Shown here: piece after piece, positions 14,901-15,530 of the stretch | How positions within the stretch are numbered: position 1 is the stretch's first letter | Layout of the letters: every line of letters begins with the position of its first letter | DNA from: Hormoscilla sp. | GTDB lineage: Bacteria > Cyanobacteriota > Cyanobacteriia > Cyanobacteriales > Desertifilaceae | Assembly: GCA_051439505.1 (NCBI GenBank) | Contig: JBFRWI010000163.1 | Span: forward strand, 1-15,530 | Reading direction: 5' to 3' | DNA: 15,530 nucleotides | The notes under the pieces: generated by a model | The model's database searches: none | The model's input: only the letters and a program-made list of their open reading frames with translations | Told to the model about the DNA's origin: nothing | Program-made: the position numbers and the translations under genes

Positions 14901-15530
14901 AGGTCTGGTCTCCAGCGGCGTTGATATTGATAATCCAGATCAACCAACAGCTCCATTAGAAATGATAGAGCTATTCTTCACTCCGGAGAACTGGAATATT
15001 GAGCAGGCGGTAACTGTAACGGGCGTTGATGATGACATAGAAGATGGGGACCGGGAATACACGATCGCGGTAGGTCCAGCGTTCAGTGAAAATAACGACT
15101 ACGACGGTCTGGATGCCCCGGATGTCACTGTCACAAACAGAGAGTTTAGCATTCAAATATCCGCACCAGAGTTGTTAAGGACTACTGAAGAGGGTGATAC
15201 TGGCGAATTTACAGTGGTGCTGGGCAGGCAGCCTACTGCTGATGTAAGAATTACCATCATGAGTTCTAATATAAATGAGGGTCTAGTATCTACAGAGGCT
15301 CCGGATTCTGAACCAATGGAGATGATAGAGCTAGTCTTCACTCCGGAAAACTGGGATACTCCTCAGACAGTAGTTGTCACTGGGGTGGATAATCCTGATG
15401 AAACAGAAAATGTTGACGTGGAATACTCCATTATAATCGGTCCTGCCGAAAGTACCGATAGCAACTACGGCGGTCAGGAACTGCCCGATATACAAGCGAT
15501 CAACATCGATCGGGACTCACCACCAGTTCC
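11986..15530 (+). CDS. Large acidic surface-type protein, 3'-truncated by the window: conserved N-terminal SBBP-associated domain (DUF7948-like), 7 SBBP beta-propeller repeats, 3 or more Calx-beta/Ig-like repeats
   Basis: Translated by hand, since it is absent from the ORF track (no stop in window). The frame is open from ATG 11986 (GAGGT RBS at 11974-11978; alternative in-frame ATG at 11941) to the end. It reads MEEQEY..IIQNEGQ..WYRGVPTFNRVLYQEVYRNID..VGAYDPNYVLEIDPILEYSTYLGG, then seven IAVD..G.AYITG.T...FP / DAFV.KL repeats (about 12700-14410), then three FT..(N/D)W...Q.V.VT.VD units (about 14419-15510). Confidence 0.9.
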   Translation, partial: MEEQEYSALQSGDVDVTIPISIIQNEGQVEDPTVKFLVKTESSNIYLSPDEIVFSTLKEIGGKTVNDVITSNLLNSNQNPRMTGLDQQQGTVSFFSGSDPTNWYRGVPTFNRVLYQEVYRNIDRIISETEGNMKGDFIVHPGGNYQDIRIDYDGARRVRVRKDGTLVVRTPWGRWTESAPVAYQEIEGDRIPVEVEYILFDAEGKQIRFQRRGSRDAVVGFQVGAYDPNYVLEIDPILEYSTYLGGSDVFATTTETFIDLETVIVTETQVEIDQETGQVIETTITTEEERQIQGRDFTDTFELFSSPGNDAGYAIAVDSTGAVYITGETTATNFPSTSAIVTNPPIDPGTGNLPDFRDAFVTKLDANGDLVYSAYISGGDRDRANGIAVDSAGSAYIVGETESTDFPVISRIDEPFQEFAGGSQDAFVAKLNPTGTQFDYASYLGGVGRERGIGIFVNSNEFAYVTGQTNSQGLGTDGAFQSNFQGGSDAFIAKVNPEGSGLEYFTYIGGSEFDEGVGIAEDDNGEVYISGTTESSGLATLEPTEAFQTDLLGRRDAFVTKLNADGSEQVYFTYIGGGGGEVSGGLVVDNNGAAYITGITPSPDFPTTPGSFQEFYQGGPFDAYLTKVDPSGAALEYSTFIGGSGNEGINFLPQTAANIAVDRSGTVHIIGTTTSTENSSNPFPITTETAAQPTFGGGITDAFIIRLNPDANTENNEEDLIYASYWGGGGNDEGYGITLDETGAAYITGMTLSTASESFPTTAEAYQSSDPSPQVGPIIVEDNPQAGVIFEEFRVTVPNREDAFVSKFAFEGVVITEFGGSVEISEDGATDIYSLELAIQPTDSVRIDIAPDDQSTINVISTGSPDHVIFTQADWDRPQRIEVTSVDDTVLEGPHESTITHSISSADPNYSIIPVGDVVASVGDNEFEIQVAPTTGLRTSEGGESDEFTVVLGNVPTSEIVTIPISSLDPEEGLVSSGVDIDNPDQPTAPLEMIELFFTPENWNIEQAVTVTGVDDDIEDGDREYTIAVGPAFSENNDYDGLDAPDVTVTNREFSIQISAPELLRTTEEGDTGEFTVVLGRQPTADVRITIMSSNINEGLVSTEAPDSEPMEMIELVFTPENWDTPQTVVVTGVDNPDETENVDVEYSIIIGPAESTDSNYGGQELPDIQAINIDRDSPPV

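Noticed and set aside
9777..15341. Short ORFs overlapping the FG-GAP and SBBP genes
   Set aside because: They are antisense or off-frame shadows. The real gene in 11986-15530 is the long + strand frame absent from the track.

Overview
Cyanobacterial DNA (at least 11 perfect HIP1 octamers GCGATCGC, heptamer tandem repeats and GTAG-type REP palindromes) carrying five large + strand genes. The first half is the distal part of a phototaxis-type chemosensory cluster. It has a soluble PixJ-like methyl-accepting receptor with five tandem cyanobacteriochrome GAF domains (four canonical DPCF/CH, one atypical), followed by a CheA/PixL-like hybrid kinase. The second half holds three acidic proteins without signal peptides, each with a different beta-propeller head: NHL/Vgb-like, FG-GAP plus Calx-beta, and SBBP plus Calx-beta-like. 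The third (11986 to beyond the window end) is missing from the ORF track. The two complete proteins share a closely related C-terminal module of about 280 aa that looks like a cohesin-like domain followed by a duplicated dockerin-like motif. This suggests a cellulosome-like, modular extracellular assembly system, which is an inference needing structural tests. Intergenic regions contain several interacting families of short dispersed repeats.
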